Shown: one piece after another, positions 17,100-27,174 of the stretch
Layout of the letters: each line of letters begins with the position of its first letter
Numbering within the stretch: position 1 is the stretch's first letter
DNA from: a virus
Lineage: Duplodnaviria; Caudoviricetes
IMG/VR virus record: IMGVR_UViG_3300003465_000007
Span: 1-55,595 of that record
DNA: 55,595 nt
Strand: one strand, 5' to 3'
Made by a program: the position numbers and the translations under genes
The notes under the pieces: generated by a model
What the model was told of the DNA's origin: nothing
Seen by the model: only the letters and a program-made list of their open reading frames with translations
Databases searched by the model: none

Positions 17100-19346
17100 T
17101 TAGTTCAGCACCGTGGTGCTGCCTAGCGCCCCGGTTCCCAAGATCCAGTAGTTGGTCGGGTTCTCGCCCGCAGTCAAGGGCGCACCGTTTTCGGTCAGCG
17201 GCTGCACCGCGCTCAGCACAAAGGTGGTCTGCATCTCCAGGCCGCGATCGGGGGTCATGCGGAAGTCCTGGCCGATGCCCTCGATGTAGCAGGCCATGTT
17301 GCTGATCCCGAGGCGCGTCTTGAGGCGCAGCCCTTCCACGATCACCCGGTCGCTGACCTCCCGACGGAAGCACTGCACGAGCTGCGCGGTGGACATGCGG
17401 CTGTCCATCGGCATCACGAGCACCGGACGATTCAGCCGATGGCGATTCATCAGGAGCTGGCCCGCGCTCTGGGCGTCGCTCGTGCTGCGGTAGAGTTGGC
17501 CCGGGCGGGGATAGGTGCGCTTGCCGCTGCCCACGGTGACCTTCTGCGGATCGACCGCCTGGGCCCGGAAGCCGCGCGCCATGATGCGGGTGAGGTGCGC
17601 GGTGACCGCCGCGTTGTTGGTGACCGTGAACTTCATCTGGTTGCCGGCCTTCTCGACGTTCGAGACGGCCAGATCGCCCGCCACGATGGGGGCGTCAAAC
17701 AGGATGTCGGTCCCGACCACCGGGGTAGTCCACTGGTCCACGAATTGGTTGTTGAGGTTATTGAGTCCAAAGGTGGCCGTAAAGGCGCGTGACGCCCCGG
17801 CCGGGATGAACACGTCGTACTGCACCAAGCGGCCGGACGTCTCGTAGTCCGCCTCGGTGTAGGTCCACAGCACGCCCAGGTTCGTGTCCACCACGAAGGC
17901 CGGCAGGACGTAGTTCACCACGTCGAACACCTCGGTCCGCATGAAGCTGTATCCACTGGGAACCAGGTCCGTGTAGTGCACGTCCAACACGATGTCGTCG
18001 GTAAAGGTTTGCGCCGAGGTAACCGATGCGGGGCGGGTGAGGCGCCGACTGCGCGACTCGAAGACGAGGTCGCCTCGCTTCGACTCCCTGGCCAGACCAA
18101 GCTCGACGTCTTCCTGTAGGTGGATGGCGTCGAGCGCGATCAGGTCCTGCGGACTCCAGACCCCGACGTACACATCCCCGTCGTCGATGTCCCGCGCAGT
18201 GGCCGACCAGCCGGCCGCATCCGCCACCCGCCCCACGTGCCCGCCGGTGGTGATGAGGTCCTCGGCGCGGGTGGGGGCCAGGCTGATCTCCGGCACTGCC
18301 AGTTCCGAGAGCGGACCCAGCGCCTCGAGGTAGGCCTTTGCCTGACCATCCCGTCCGGTCACCGGGCGGAGATCGACCAGGGTCCCGGTCCACAGGTAGT
18401 CCACCACCGGCACCATGCTCCGGAACTGCACCTTGCGGTCGGTGGCCGGGAGATGGTCGAAGTTCACCGAGCGCGCGAAGGGGCTGTATTTGCCCAGGGC
18501 CCGCCCGTCGAAGGCCGCCAGCGAGCCGGACAGGTTCTCGACCGTGGCGCGGAACCAGCCAGCCGCCACCTGCTCGGTGAGGCGGCCGCTCTGACGGCCG
18601 GTGAAGCAACTCACCTCCAGCCCGTCGGTGCTGAGATCCTCACTGACGCCATCGCCGTTGACGTCCGTCTCGTCGAAGTCGCCGTCGTCGTCCCAGTCCA
18701 CCAGGAGGCGCACCACGGCGTCCCCGTTGGGGGTGCTGCTGAAGTCCGGGGTGACGATCTTGGAGGCCGAGCCGACCCGAATCAGCACGTCGCGGTCCGC
18801 CGCGCCGCCTGCGCCCGAGATGACCCAGGCGAGCTGGAGGAACAGGTACTCCGCCTGCAGCCCGAACCGCCCGGGGTTAAAGGTGATGGTGCAGGTCTGA
18901 GGGGAACCGGGGGTGAGGTTGGTCACCGCGGAGCTGACCAGCGGTCCCAGTGTGACCTCGCGGGCCTTGCTCCCGTCGACCTGATCGGATACCCACAGCC
19001 GTGCCCGCAGCGCGCCGTCCTGGTCTCCACCGCTGCTGACCGCGACCACCGGAATGGTGATGGTCCAGGTGCCGGCCGCGAACTGGCCGGTGAACGGACC
19101 GGCCTCCCACGCATCGCCGAGCGTGGGATCGAGCTCAACATCCGTCGGGAGTACCGTGGCCCCGAAGACCGACGAAGCGCGCAGGAAGCCAGCCGCCAGT
19201 AGGGCGTAGGCGGTAGCCGCCGTGGTGCCGACCGTCCATCCGGTGCCGGTGGTCGCGGTGGCTGGCGGCGATCCCCCGTCCTGCAGCGCCATCATGGCCG
19301 AGCCGGCAAAGAGGGAGTTGAGTAAGTACAGCGTCTTCACCGCCAT
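17100..19346 (-). CDS. Large minor tail (distal tail/hub-like) protein
   Basis: Follows tape measure; VDWDDDGDF, YSP motifs. Confidence 0.75.
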   Translation of the reverse strand: MAVKTLYLLNSLFAGSAMMALQDGGSPPATATTGTGWTVGTTAATAYALLAAGFLRASSVFGATVLPTDVELDPTLGDAWEAGPFTGQFAAGTWTITIPVVAVSSGGDQDGALRARLWVSDQVDGSKAREVTLGPLVSSAVTNLTPGSPQTCTITFNPGRFGLQAEYLFLQLAWVISGAGGAADRDVLIRVGSASKIVTPDFSSTPNGDAVVRLLVDWDDDGDFDETDVNGDGVSEDLSTDGLEVSCFTGRQSGRLTEQVAAGWFRATVENLSGSLAAFDGRALGKYSPFARSVNFDHLPATDRKVQFRSMVPVVDYLWTGTLVDLRPVTGRDGQAKAYLEALGPLSELAVPEISLAPTRAEDLITTGGHVGRVADAAGWSATARDIDDGDVYVGVWSPQDLIALDAIHLQEDVELGLARESKRGDLVFESRSRRLTRPASVTSAQTFTDDIVLDVHYTDLVPSGYSFMRTEVFDVVNYVLPAFVVDTNLGVLWTYTEADYETSGRLVQYDVFIPAGASRAFTATFGLNNLNNQFVDQWTTPVVGTDILFDAPIVAGDLAVSNVEKAGNQMKFTVTNNAAVTAHLTRIMARGFRAQAVDPQKVTVGSGKRTYPRPGQLYRSTSDAQSAGQLLMNRHRLNRPVLVMPMDSRMSTAQLVQCFRREVSDRVIVEGLRLKTRLGISNMACYIEGIGQDFRMTPDRGLEMQTTFVLSAVQPLTENGAPLTAGENPTNYWILGTGALGSTTVLN

Positions 19347-22300
19347 GCGCGGGCTCCCCGCGCGGCGAGGTTCATCTGGCCCGCGACCATGCCGTTCTCC
19401 AGATGGTGCTGGTCGATCACGGCCACCATGGGGTTCGCGGCGAGGGCGGCGGCGAGCGCGTGAATGCTGGCGGGGGACAGCTCGAGCGTGGCGCTGTTGC
19501 CGCTAGATAAGCTGCCGCTGGGACCACCGGTGGTAGTGCCTCCGCCGGTGGTCCCACCGCCGCTATTGACGCCGTGCAGCGAGGCTGCCAGACTCACCGC
19601 TTTCTGAAGATCCTCAACCATCCCATCGTAGGTCGAGTCGGCCACATCCTTGATCTGGGGCAGCAGGGTATCACGGATCAACTCCATCCGGCCCTCCAAC
19701 TTGCCGTACTCCAACTTCGCGACCCTTTCCGTCTCGGCCAGCGCCGCGTTGGCGTTCTTCTCGACGTCGGCCGCCCGGTCTAGGATGTCCTGCTGTCGGC
19801 GTAGCAGGTCCTCATTGGTGAACGACTTCTCAAGGTCACGCGCTGAAGCCTTCAGCCGATCAGCGATCCCTTCCAGCGCCCGCCGGTGTTCTTCGGCGGC
19901 GTTCAGGTCCGCGGTCTGGTCGGCCTTCCGCTGGGTACGATCGTCGGTCGCGCGCTGCTGTTGCTTGGCGCGCTGCGCATCTTCCGCTGCCCACCGGTCT
20001 TTGAGCTTCTGCATCTCATCGTCGACTTCGCTGCGGGCCTTCCCCATCCCCTGGCCGAGGTTGGCGTCCTTCCCCGCGGACTCGGCCCGCTTGCGCATCG
20101 ACGCCTGGAGGTCGGCCAGCTCCTTCGCCCGCTTCTCCGTGGTGTCCTCGACGTAGCGGTTGATATCCCGCTCGAGGTCGCGCGTCTCGCGCGTGTCCTG
20201 GACCCGCTGGCGCTCCTGCTGATAGCGGGTGTTCTCCGCGTCGGTCTCGCCCTTCGAGCCTTGCTGCAGCGCGTCCCGCTGGCCCTGTCGCTCCTCATTC
20301 CGCCGGAAGTCAGCCCAGAGCTGATCAACTTCTTGCTCAGCCCGCTGCCTGGCGTTGGTGATCGTCTCTTCGGTCCGCTGGATGGCCACGTTGATGGTCT
20401 CTTCCATCTTCTGTCGGGCGATCTCGAGCGGCAGCTCGAGGTTCAGGTTCTGCAGCATCGACTCGAAAGCGGCCCGCGTCTCAGGCGTCTTGTCCGTGAT
20501 CATGGTGCGGAAGGCGTCCATCAGCTCGCCGGCCAGCTGGCTCGCCCGCTCTGGCGACAGGTCCGGGTTCTGCAGGAGCGTCGCCTGCATGCTTTGGACG
20601 GAGCGGGCCAGGGTGGCAATGTTCTGCTGGCCGCCTTCCTCCCACGCTCGGTTGAGCGCATCCATGATCGAGGCGCCGCCGCTGCCGAAACTGGCGGAGA
20701 GCTGGGCCGCGTCGAAGGCCTTCGCGAAGCTCTCCGGGGTCAGCGCGTTGGCTGCCTTGATGGCTTCCGTGACCGTCCGGATCATCTCCATGGCCGCTGC
20801 TCGCGCGGCCGGGTTGCCCCGCTCGATCAAGGCATCATGGAAGGCGCCGGCCAGCGCGTCCGCGACGTCCTGGAAGTCGGTAATCCCAGCCTCGCGCATC
20901 TTGGTGGTGGCGTCCTGAACCCAGGTCCGCAGCGCGGCACCGGCCGCCCCGCTGTTCTCCCGCATGGCCGTTTCGAGCGCGTTGGCGCCCTTGCCGCCCC
21001 ACTCCCCGAAGATCGCCGCGAAACGGGTCTCTGCGCTGGCCGCCCGCATGAAACCTTCGATCGCGCTCTCCTGCATGGCCTCGCCCGCCGCGAGGCCAGC
21101 GCCCTTCGCACCTGCCACGGCCGGTGCGCGCGTAGCTCCCCCGAATTGGTTCCCGGTGTAGGTGCCGCCCTCCCGCGCCGCGGGGCCGGCCGCGGTGGTC
21201 GCTTCGGCGATCACTTCCGAGACGGTCTCCGGGAACGTATTCGCGCTGTATTCGGCCCAGGCCGCGTTGAAGGCAGCTACGTTGGCCTGGATCTCCGACT
21301 GACGGAGCGTCACCCCACCGGAGGTAACCGTCGGGTCGTAATTGGCGTAGCCGAGCGCACGCTCTTCCTGGCTGACGCGGGTGCCATTGAATTGATCGTC
21401 TACCCAGGTCCCGGCCGCACTCGCGCCAGCGCCAATCCCGCTGGCCATGCCTCTTAGCAGGGCATCCTTGAGCTTGGCCCCGGCCGCGAACATCATGGCC
21501 GCACCCTTGTCCTCCACCCACTGGAGGATGCCGCCCGCGAACTCGGTGAATTTCGTGATGGCCCACGGAAGGGCCTGATCGACAATCCAGTCCACGGTAG
21601 CCGGTAGCCACTGCTCGAGGAACTTTTGGGCGAGCAGCTTGGCCTTTTCTTCCACCCAGGGCCCGAGCACGCCCCAGATCTCTTCGACCTTCTTCCCGAG
21701 CGCTTCCGCCGCGCCGGGTACCCAATCGACGAATGCTTCCGCCCACTGGGCAACCGTCTTGTCGATCGCGTCCAGCGAGTCCTTCAGGTTGCTGGCGCCG
21801 AAGACGCTCCCGAACGCCTCCCCGATCCCGCCCAGCTTCGGCAGCACCTGCGACTCCAGAAAGTCCGCCACCGGGGCCATGCGGGTCAGCAGGTCATCGA
21901 AGCCCCGGGCCATCCCCTGCAGCGCAGCCTGAAACTCGGGGCGGTTGGCCGCGTCGGTCAGGCGCTGCATCTGCTCCGTAGCGCGGTCGAAGAACGGTTC
22001 AATGACGGTGCCCATCGCCTGGTTGAAGGTGTCCCGTAGGGTAGAAGCCAGTCCGCCGAACGTGCGGCTCTGTTTTTCCATCAACCCGTTGAATCGCTCG
22101 TCCATCAGGTTGAGCACGCCGGCGATGGCATCGCCGGAACGGACCGCGCCGCGGCTCACCAGGTCCATCGCCTCGGGCACGGACACCCCGATTTGCTTGG
22201 CGAGACCTTCCCAGGCCGGCACGCCGAGCTCCGTGATCTGCATCAGCTCCTCGGCCGATGCCGTGCCCTTCGCCTGCATCTGGCCGAGCGCCATCACCAC

Positions 22301-22804
22301 GCGGTTGATGCCCTCGTCGCCCTTGCCCAGCCCGGCCATGGCGTCGCCAATGGAACCAAGCATGGGGATGATCTGCTGCGATTGGAAGCCCATCGCCTGC
22401 AGCTTCTGGGAAGCGTCGATCACGCCGGGCAACTCGAATGGGGTCTGTGCAGCGAAGGCCGTCAGGTCCTGCAGGTGCTGCTTCGCCGCGTCCGACGATC
22501 CCATCATGGTCTCGAAGGCGAGCAGGGATTGTTGCTGTAGGTTGTTGAACTTGAATCCCGCGTCGACTGCACCCCGCAGCCGGTCGATGGCGGCTCGCGC
22601 CGCGTCCACCGCCACGATGGCCACCGCGAACCCGGCCGCCTGTTTGGCGACCGAACCGAACGCGTCCCCCAGGCCGCTGAGACTCCGACTGCCTTCGTGC
22701 CCGGCGCGGACCAGCCGCTCGACGCTCTCGCGGGCTTGGTCGGTCGGCTGAGACAGCTTGTTATCCCCGCGTAGGATGGCGAGGATCTCTATGCCATCAC
22801 TCAC
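19337..22804 (-). CDS. Tape measure protein
   Basis: 1155 aa, FAAQTPFE, LGQMQAKG..EEL.Q..E.GVP tape-measure motifs. Confidence 0.95.
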   Translation of the reverse strand: MSDGIEILAILRGDNKLSQPTDQARESVERLVRAGHEGSRSLSGLGDAFGSVAKQAAGFAVAIVAVDAARAAIDRLRGAVDAGFKFNNLQQQSLLAFETMMGSSDAAKQHLQDLTAFAAQTPFELPGVIDASQKLQAMGFQSQQIIPMLGSIGDAMAGLGKGDEGINRVVMALGQMQAKGTASAEELMQITELGVPAWEGLAKQIGVSVPEAMDLVSRGAVRSGDAIAGVLNLMDERFNGLMEKQSRTFGGLASTLRDTFNQAMGTVIEPFFDRATEQMQRLTDAANRPEFQAALQGMARGFDDLLTRMAPVADFLESQVLPKLGGIGEAFGSVFGASNLKDSLDAIDKTVAQWAEAFVDWVPGAAEALGKKVEEIWGVLGPWVEEKAKLLAQKFLEQWLPATVDWIVDQALPWAITKFTEFAGGILQWVEDKGAAMMFAAGAKLKDALLRGMASGIGAGASAAGTWVDDQFNGTRVSQEERALGYANYDPTVTSGGVTLRQSEIQANVAAFNAAWAEYSANTFPETVSEVIAEATTAAGPAAREGGTYTGNQFGGATRAPAVAGAKGAGLAAGEAMQESAIEGFMRAASAETRFAAIFGEWGGKGANALETAMRENSGAAGAALRTWVQDATTKMREAGITDFQDVADALAGAFHDALIERGNPAARAAAMEMIRTVTEAIKAANALTPESFAKAFDAAQLSASFGSGGASIMDALNRAWEEGGQQNIATLARSVQSMQATLLQNPDLSPERASQLAGELMDAFRTMITDKTPETRAAFESMLQNLNLELPLEIARQKMEETINVAIQRTEETITNARQRAEQEVDQLWADFRRNEERQGQRDALQQGSKGETDAENTRYQQERQRVQDTRETRDLERDINRYVEDTTEKRAKELADLQASMRKRAESAGKDANLGQGMGKARSEVDDEMQKLKDRWAAEDAQRAKQQQRATDDRTQRKADQTADLNAAEEHRRALEGIADRLKASARDLEKSFTNEDLLRRQQDILDRAADVEKNANAALAETERVAKLEYGKLEGRMELIRDTLLPQIKDVADSTYDGMVEDLQKAVSLAASLHGVNSGGGTTGGGTTTGGPSGSLSSGNSATLELSPASIHALAAALAANPMVAVIDQHHLENGMVAGQMNLAARGARAWR

Positions 22805-23130
22805 GATGGGGCCGCCTTCGCTGTCGGATCCAATCCTCGAGACTCATGCTCTGGGCCTGTTGGAGCTGCAACAGGACGTGCATGTACTCGGGGTGGTCGA
22901 CAATCGTGCCGTCCCGGTTCGCCTTGGCCGCCTGCTCGGCCGCTCGGGCGTAGAGCACGCGTCGCACCTTGCGCCGATCCTGCCGCTCCGCCACGTCGAT
23001 CGTGCAATGGAAGGCCTCGCAGATCAGGCTGAGCCATTGCTCATCGGTATCGGCGCCTCGTCGGAAAGGCTCGCCGGGGGCTCCGGGGATGCCGATGGTG
23101 GCATTGGCGAGGCGCTGGAGCCATTTTTTT
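22797..23130 (-). CDS. Tail assembly chaperone -1 frameshift extension
   Basis: Slippery G GAA AAA AAT; -1 frame open (KWLQR...ICEAFHC...) to 22797. Confidence 0.75.
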
Positions 23131-23554
23131 CCTCTGCCTCCGTGCGACCCTGGCAGACGCCCAGCAGGTAGAGCTGCTCATCGGTGGAAAGGAAGCGCAC
23201 CGGGTCCGTGGGATCGCGCGGCTGGGGGAGCGGATCGCCGGCCGCGTCGGTCCAGTTCCAGCGAACCAGGTAGCGCTTGATGAGCGCCACGATGTTCCCG
23301 AAGTGGCGCACGTTCCGATCCTCGGAGGGGTCCGCCTTCAGGTCTTCGAAGACCAGGAAGTCCGCCATGGGGTTGGAGCCTTCCACAATCCAGACCGACT
23401 CGCCAAAGTGCGGGCGGTAGGCCTCCTCGCCCACCAGGAGCACGAAGTCATCTGACTTCACCTCGCGCGGGGGCGGTTTCTTGTAGACCGTGGGGACCGG
23501 CGGCGCCGGCTCCTCTTCGCGCGCCTGACGCCGCCGCTCGGCTCGATTGGCCAT
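23024..23554 (-). CDS. Tail assembly chaperone
   Basis: LVRWNWTD..G.PLP; between tube and TMP. Confidence 0.85.
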   Translation of the reverse strand: MANRAERRRQAREEEPAPPVPTVYKKPPPREVKSDDFVLLVGEEAYRPHFGESVWIVEGSNPMADFLVFEDLKADPSEDRNVRHFGNIVALIKRYLVRWNWTDAAGDPLPQPRDPTDPVRFLSTDEQLYLLGVCQGRTEAEEKNGSSASPMPPSASPEPPASLSDEAPIPMSNGSA

Positions 23555-23563
23555 GGGCCCTCC

Positions 23564-24571
23564 TTACGGCAGCGCTGACAGCGCGTTGATGTTGGTGACC
23601 TCGAAGATCTTTCCCCAGGTCGCGTCGTACTTGGACTTCGCCTTGAAGGTGACGATGTCGTTCCCGTTCTGGCTGCTGATGACCGGCTTCTCCACGAACT
23701 CCGCGCAGATGTCGAACTGGAGGGTCTTCACCACGATGCCGGTGATGACCGAGCCGGTCGTGATCACCCGGAAGAATCGCTTGGTGCCCGCGCGCCAGTT
23801 CACGATCTCCGTGTTGGCCGTCACGTTGGCCTGCATGACGACCGTCAGCATCGCCTCGGCATCGCCGTACAGGTACTTGCCGTAGTCCAGACCCGCCCGT
23901 CCGTCGAGGGTAAAGTCCGGGCGCAGCCCTCCCGAGATGTCGAGCGTGGTGCTCAGCACGATCCCAGAGACCTGGGTGCCACCCAGGCCGGCCCCGGCCG
24001 CATCGGCGTAGATCTTGGTGAGGTTCCCCTTCGCGATCTCGCGACCGGTGATCGCGGTGAGCGCTGCAGTGGGCGCCGCGACAGCGACCTTGCCGCCGAA
24101 GAGGTCCGCGGAGAAGGTGGCCGGAGCGTTCAAGGGAATCTGGATCTGCATCTTGGAGCACAGCACGTTCGGGACTTCACGGCCCCACTGGGTCGACCAG
24201 TCGTTGAGGGCGAAGTCCAGTGTGTAGTAGTTCGGGGCGGGGTCGCCCGCCACCGGCGGCAGCCACACCCACGTCTTGTCCGTGCCCGCGCCGGTGGGGG
24301 TGACGCCACCCTTCAGGCACATGGACGCGAAGGTGGGGAACTCCTCATAGGTCAGCTCGCTCTTGTACTGACCGCTGAAGCCGTTGCGGACGTTGACCAA
24401 CTGGCCGCTGACCTGCGCCCGCACGCTCTGCGGGTAGTCCGGCTCGTAAAAGTCGTTCTCTTCGGTGAAGGTCAGCTCACCCGGGTACTTGGCCGTGGCG
24501 GCCACCGCGGTATCAAACGCGGACTGCTTGCCGAGTTGAATGTATCTGGCTCTTTCTACGGCTACACCCAC
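23564..24571 (-). CDS. Major tail tube protein
   Basis: IQLGKQS N-terminus, size, position. Confidence 0.85.
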   Translation of the reverse strand: MGVAVERARYIQLGKQSAFDTAVAATAKYPGELTFTEENDFYEPDYPQSVRAQVSGQLVNVRNGFSGQYKSELTYEEFPTFASMCLKGGVTPTGAGTDKTWVWLPPVAGDPAPNYYTLDFALNDWSTQWGREVPNVLCSKMQIQIPLNAPATFSADLFGGKVAVAAPTAALTAITGREIAKGNLTKIYADAAGAGLGGTQVSGIVLSTTLDISGGLRPDFTLDGRAGLDYGKYLYGDAEAMLTVVMQANVTANTEIVNWRAGTKRFFRVITTGSVITGIVVKTLQFDICAEFVEKPVISSQNGNDIVTFKAKSKYDATWGKIFEVTNINALSALP

Positions 24572-24604
24572 GTTAGCCCCTTTCCAGCGGGTACAATTCC
24601 GCTA

Positions 24605-25243
24605 ATGAACGTTCCGAACTGTACGAACTGCGGTTCACCACGCCGAAAGGCGATCGGTGATCTGTGCGGCTACTGCCGAGCCCGGCAGACCAAACATCCA
24701 AAAGACGCCTGTCCGCAGTGCGGTGAGTTGAAGGGCGTGGAGCAAACGGTCTGTCTGCGCTGCCACGCCCGCGCGCTGGCCGCGGAGCGCTGGGTCGGCC
24801 ATGAGCGGCTTCCGCTCTACGATCAATGCGCCTGTGGCAACCGAAAGAAACGAACGTCGGCTCGCTGCAAGATGTGCGCCGAACCACGTCTGGGCAAGAA
24901 TCGTTGTGCGTGCGGGAATCGAAAGAGCTACACGGCCGAGATGTGCGAAGAGTGCCGCTACGGCCGTCAGCGCAACCACGGATGGACCCGAGACTCGCAT
25001 GGGTACGTCCTGGTCTACGTGCCAGACCATCCCCGAGCCAGCAAGCGCGGCTATGTCCGCCGCTCCCATCTCGTGATGGAAGTCCAGTTGGGGCGCCTGA
25101 TTCGGGACGATGAGGTTGTGCATCACCGCAATGAGACAAAGGACGATGACCGCCCCGAGAATCTGCAGGTGATGACCGATTCTGAACACGCCCGTCATCA
25201 TGCCGCCGAGGGTGGGTATCGACCGCCGCTGCGTCATCGCTGA
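24605..25243 (+). CDS. HNH endonuclease with repeated Zn knuckles, antisense, probably leaderless
   Basis: GYV..HLVME..LGR...EVVHHRNETKDDDRPENL; TACAAT 7 nt before ATG. Confidence 0.9.
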   Translation: MNVPNCTNCGSPRRKAIGDLCGYCRARQTKHPKDACPQCGELKGVEQTVCLRCHARALAAERWVGHERLPLYDQCACGNRKKRTSARCKMCAEPRLGKNRCACGNRKSYTAEMCEECRYGRQRNHGWTRDSHGYVLVYVPDHPRASKRGYVRRSHLVMEVQLGRLIRDDEVVHHRNETKDDDRPENLQVMTDSEHARHHAAEGGYRPPLRHR

Positions 25244-25252
25244 GCCCATTGG

Positions 25253-25519
25253 TTACGCCTCCTGGTCTGACGGCTGGTCCGTCGGTGGTTCAGTCGGTGG
25301 AGGCGCCGCCTCCGGGTCGATCTCCTCGACATTGAGGAGCGGGGTGTACAGGCTGGAGTGGCTGAGTAGGTCCGGGTCGATGCCCAGCTCGGCCAACTCC
25401 TCGAGGCTGACGTCGCGCGCGGGCACGCCCGGCAGCCAGTCGGTCGCGGGGTCCACGCCGCCGTAGCCGAAACCCCAGGGAGTGACCTGCACGGTCGGGG
25501 CATCCTTCTTGCTGGCCAT
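25253..25519 (-). CDS. Small neck-region protein
   Basis: LPGVPARD motif; position. Confidence 0.7.
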   Translation of the reverse strand: MASKKDAPTVQVTPWGFGYGGVDPATDWLPGVPARDVSLEELAELGIDPDLLSHSSLYTPLLNVEEIDPEAAPPPTEPPTDQPSDQEA

Positions 25520-26007
25520 CAGTTCACCTCTTCCAGTTGGACTTCGATGTAGACCTGCGCGTCGGCGGCAAACATGCTCTCCGCGCTCACGTAGATGGGC
25601 GTGTACTGGGCGTACGGCGTTCGCCAGAAGAAGCTGAAGGCGACCGCCTGCTCACCCGTCCGCAGACAATTCACGATGGCCAGCACGTGGCGATACAGCC
25701 GGCGGCGTAGGTTGGAGCGATCCGGATCCTCATCGGCGACGATGATGGTGAGCGCGTGACGGGTGGCAAAGATCGCCGTCTCATTGACGATGTCCGCGCG
25801 CACCGATTCATCGGCCAGCACCATCAGCACCGGCGACTGGAAGCCTTCTTCCAGCTCGGCCGCCTCGTAGCTGGTGGGCGCGGCCAGGGTGATGTTCCGA
25901 CCGTCGCCCGAGTACTGCGTGTTAACGGCCGCGAGGTATGTGGCCAGGTTGGATTCCAGGTAGCCGCGGATCAGGTCGACCGCGCTTTCCGCCAGGCCGA
26001 GCGTCAT
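25519..26007 (-). CDS. Tail terminator-like protein
   Basis: Position and size. Confidence 0.6.
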   Translation of the reverse strand: MTLGLAESAVDLIRGYLESNLATYLAAVNTQYSGDGRNITLAAPTSYEAAELEEGFQSPVLMVLADESVRADIVNETAIFATRHALTIIVADEDPDRSNLRRRLYRHVLAIVNCLRTGEQAVAFSFFWRTPYAQYTPIYVSAESMFAADAQVYIEVQLEEVN

Positions 26008-26495
26008 GTTTCCCGCCCGCTCAGGCCGGCCCGCCGGCTCTCCCGGACGAGGTGGCGCTGGATGATCTTCGCCCAGCGCCGCTGGACGGCGGGATCCTCG
26101 CGGAAGTCGACCAGCTTCCGGGCGGGCATGCGGCCGGTGCCCTGCTGGTGGAAGTGGGCGTACCGCACGTTCACCCCGAGCTGCATGACCAGCGGCTCCA
26201 GGCGCTCGACGTAGCCGCTGCCCCCGGTGGCCGCCGACTGCAGCGCACCGGTGCGCACCAGGAGCGGTCGCCCCGGGTAGTGGCGAGCCTTCCAGGCAGC
26301 GTAGCGCGGATTGAGGGGGGGCCAGCCAGGCCCCTGCGCGGCGAAGGTTGCGGCGGTCACTTGCTTGAAGTCGGCCGAGATCTCGCGAAAGGCGGGCCGA
26401 AGGTCACGCGCGTACTCGCCGAAGCGGCTGAGCCCGGTCATGATCTGCACGTCGCCGTCGAACGCGAACTCGAGGACAAAGGGACTGTTCGCCAT
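26004..26495 (-). CDS. Virion morphogenesis (Mu gpG-like) tail completion protein
   Basis: WPPL, L.RTG.L, GVNVRYAHFHQQG..MPAR. Confidence 0.85.
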   Translation of the reverse strand: MANSPFVLEFAFDGDVQIMTGLSRFGEYARDLRPAFREISADFKQVTAATFAAQGPGWPPLNPRYAAWKARHYPGRPLLVRTGALQSAATGGSGYVERLEPLVMQLGVNVRYAHFHQQGTGRMPARKLVDFREDPAVQRRWAKIIQRHLVRESRRAGLSGRET

Positions 26496-26980
26496 TACCA
26501 GACCTTGCCCATAGTGAAGACGGGTGCCGAGTCGACCGTCTTTCCCCAGTCGTCGGTGGCCGTCTCGGAGCCGATCGACCCCGTATCGACGAAGTAGCTG
26601 CGCGGGGCCTGCGTGATCTCCGCATCGGCCACCCCGACCGGAATGCCAACCCCTTTGCGGAACTCGGCGAGCCGCGCCTGGTACTGCCGCCACAGGGTGT
26701 AGCCCTGGCCGTTCCCGGTCGGGCCGGCCTGATCGGGCCGCCACGCCATGAGGGTGCGCGCCGCGGCGCCCATCGCGTTCAGGCTTTCCAGGTCCGCGAC
26801 GAACCACGCGGGCGAGGAGACGGGTACCGCTACGCCGTTCACCGCCAGGGCAGCGTCAATCTCCCCCGCGCAGTTGTCGAGGTACTCCTGGACCTGCGTG
26901 GTGGTCGGCTTGCTAGTGGAGGTGATCGTGAAGTGCGGGCATTCACCCTGCACGTTCGCGATGGTGGCGTAGGCGGTCAT
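26495..26980 (-). CDS. Head-tail adaptor (Mu gp36-like)
   Basis: AYAT..V, EIDAAL..G..VPV. Confidence 0.75.
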   Translation of the reverse strand: MTAYATIANVQGECPHFTITSTSKPTTTQVQEYLDNCAGEIDAALAVNGVAVPVSSPAWFVADLESLNAMGAAARTLMAWRPDQAGPTGNGQGYTLWRQYQARLAEFRKGVGIPVGVADAEITQAPRSYFVDTGSIGSETATDDWGKTVDSAPVFTMGKVW

Positions 26981-26991
26981 GCGGACCACAT

Positions 26992-27156
26992 CGAGGTGAG
27001 CGGAATGGGCAGGCCAAGCTGACGGACGCTCAGACCATGGAGATCCGAGCGTTGTACGCTTCGGGCACGGCGATGCAGAAGGTCATCGCGGAGCGCTATG
27101 GCATCCATCAATCGACCGTCAGCGACATCATTCGGGGAAAGCGCCATAAGACCTAA
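26992..27156 (+). pseudogene. Remnant C-terminal HTH of an HNH homing endonuclease
   Basis: RGERNGQAKLT...IAERYGIHQSTVSDIIRGKRH; like C-terminus of 15681-16526; no adjacent start. Confidence 0.8.
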
Positions 27157-27174
27157 CCTGCCCACCCGCTCAAA

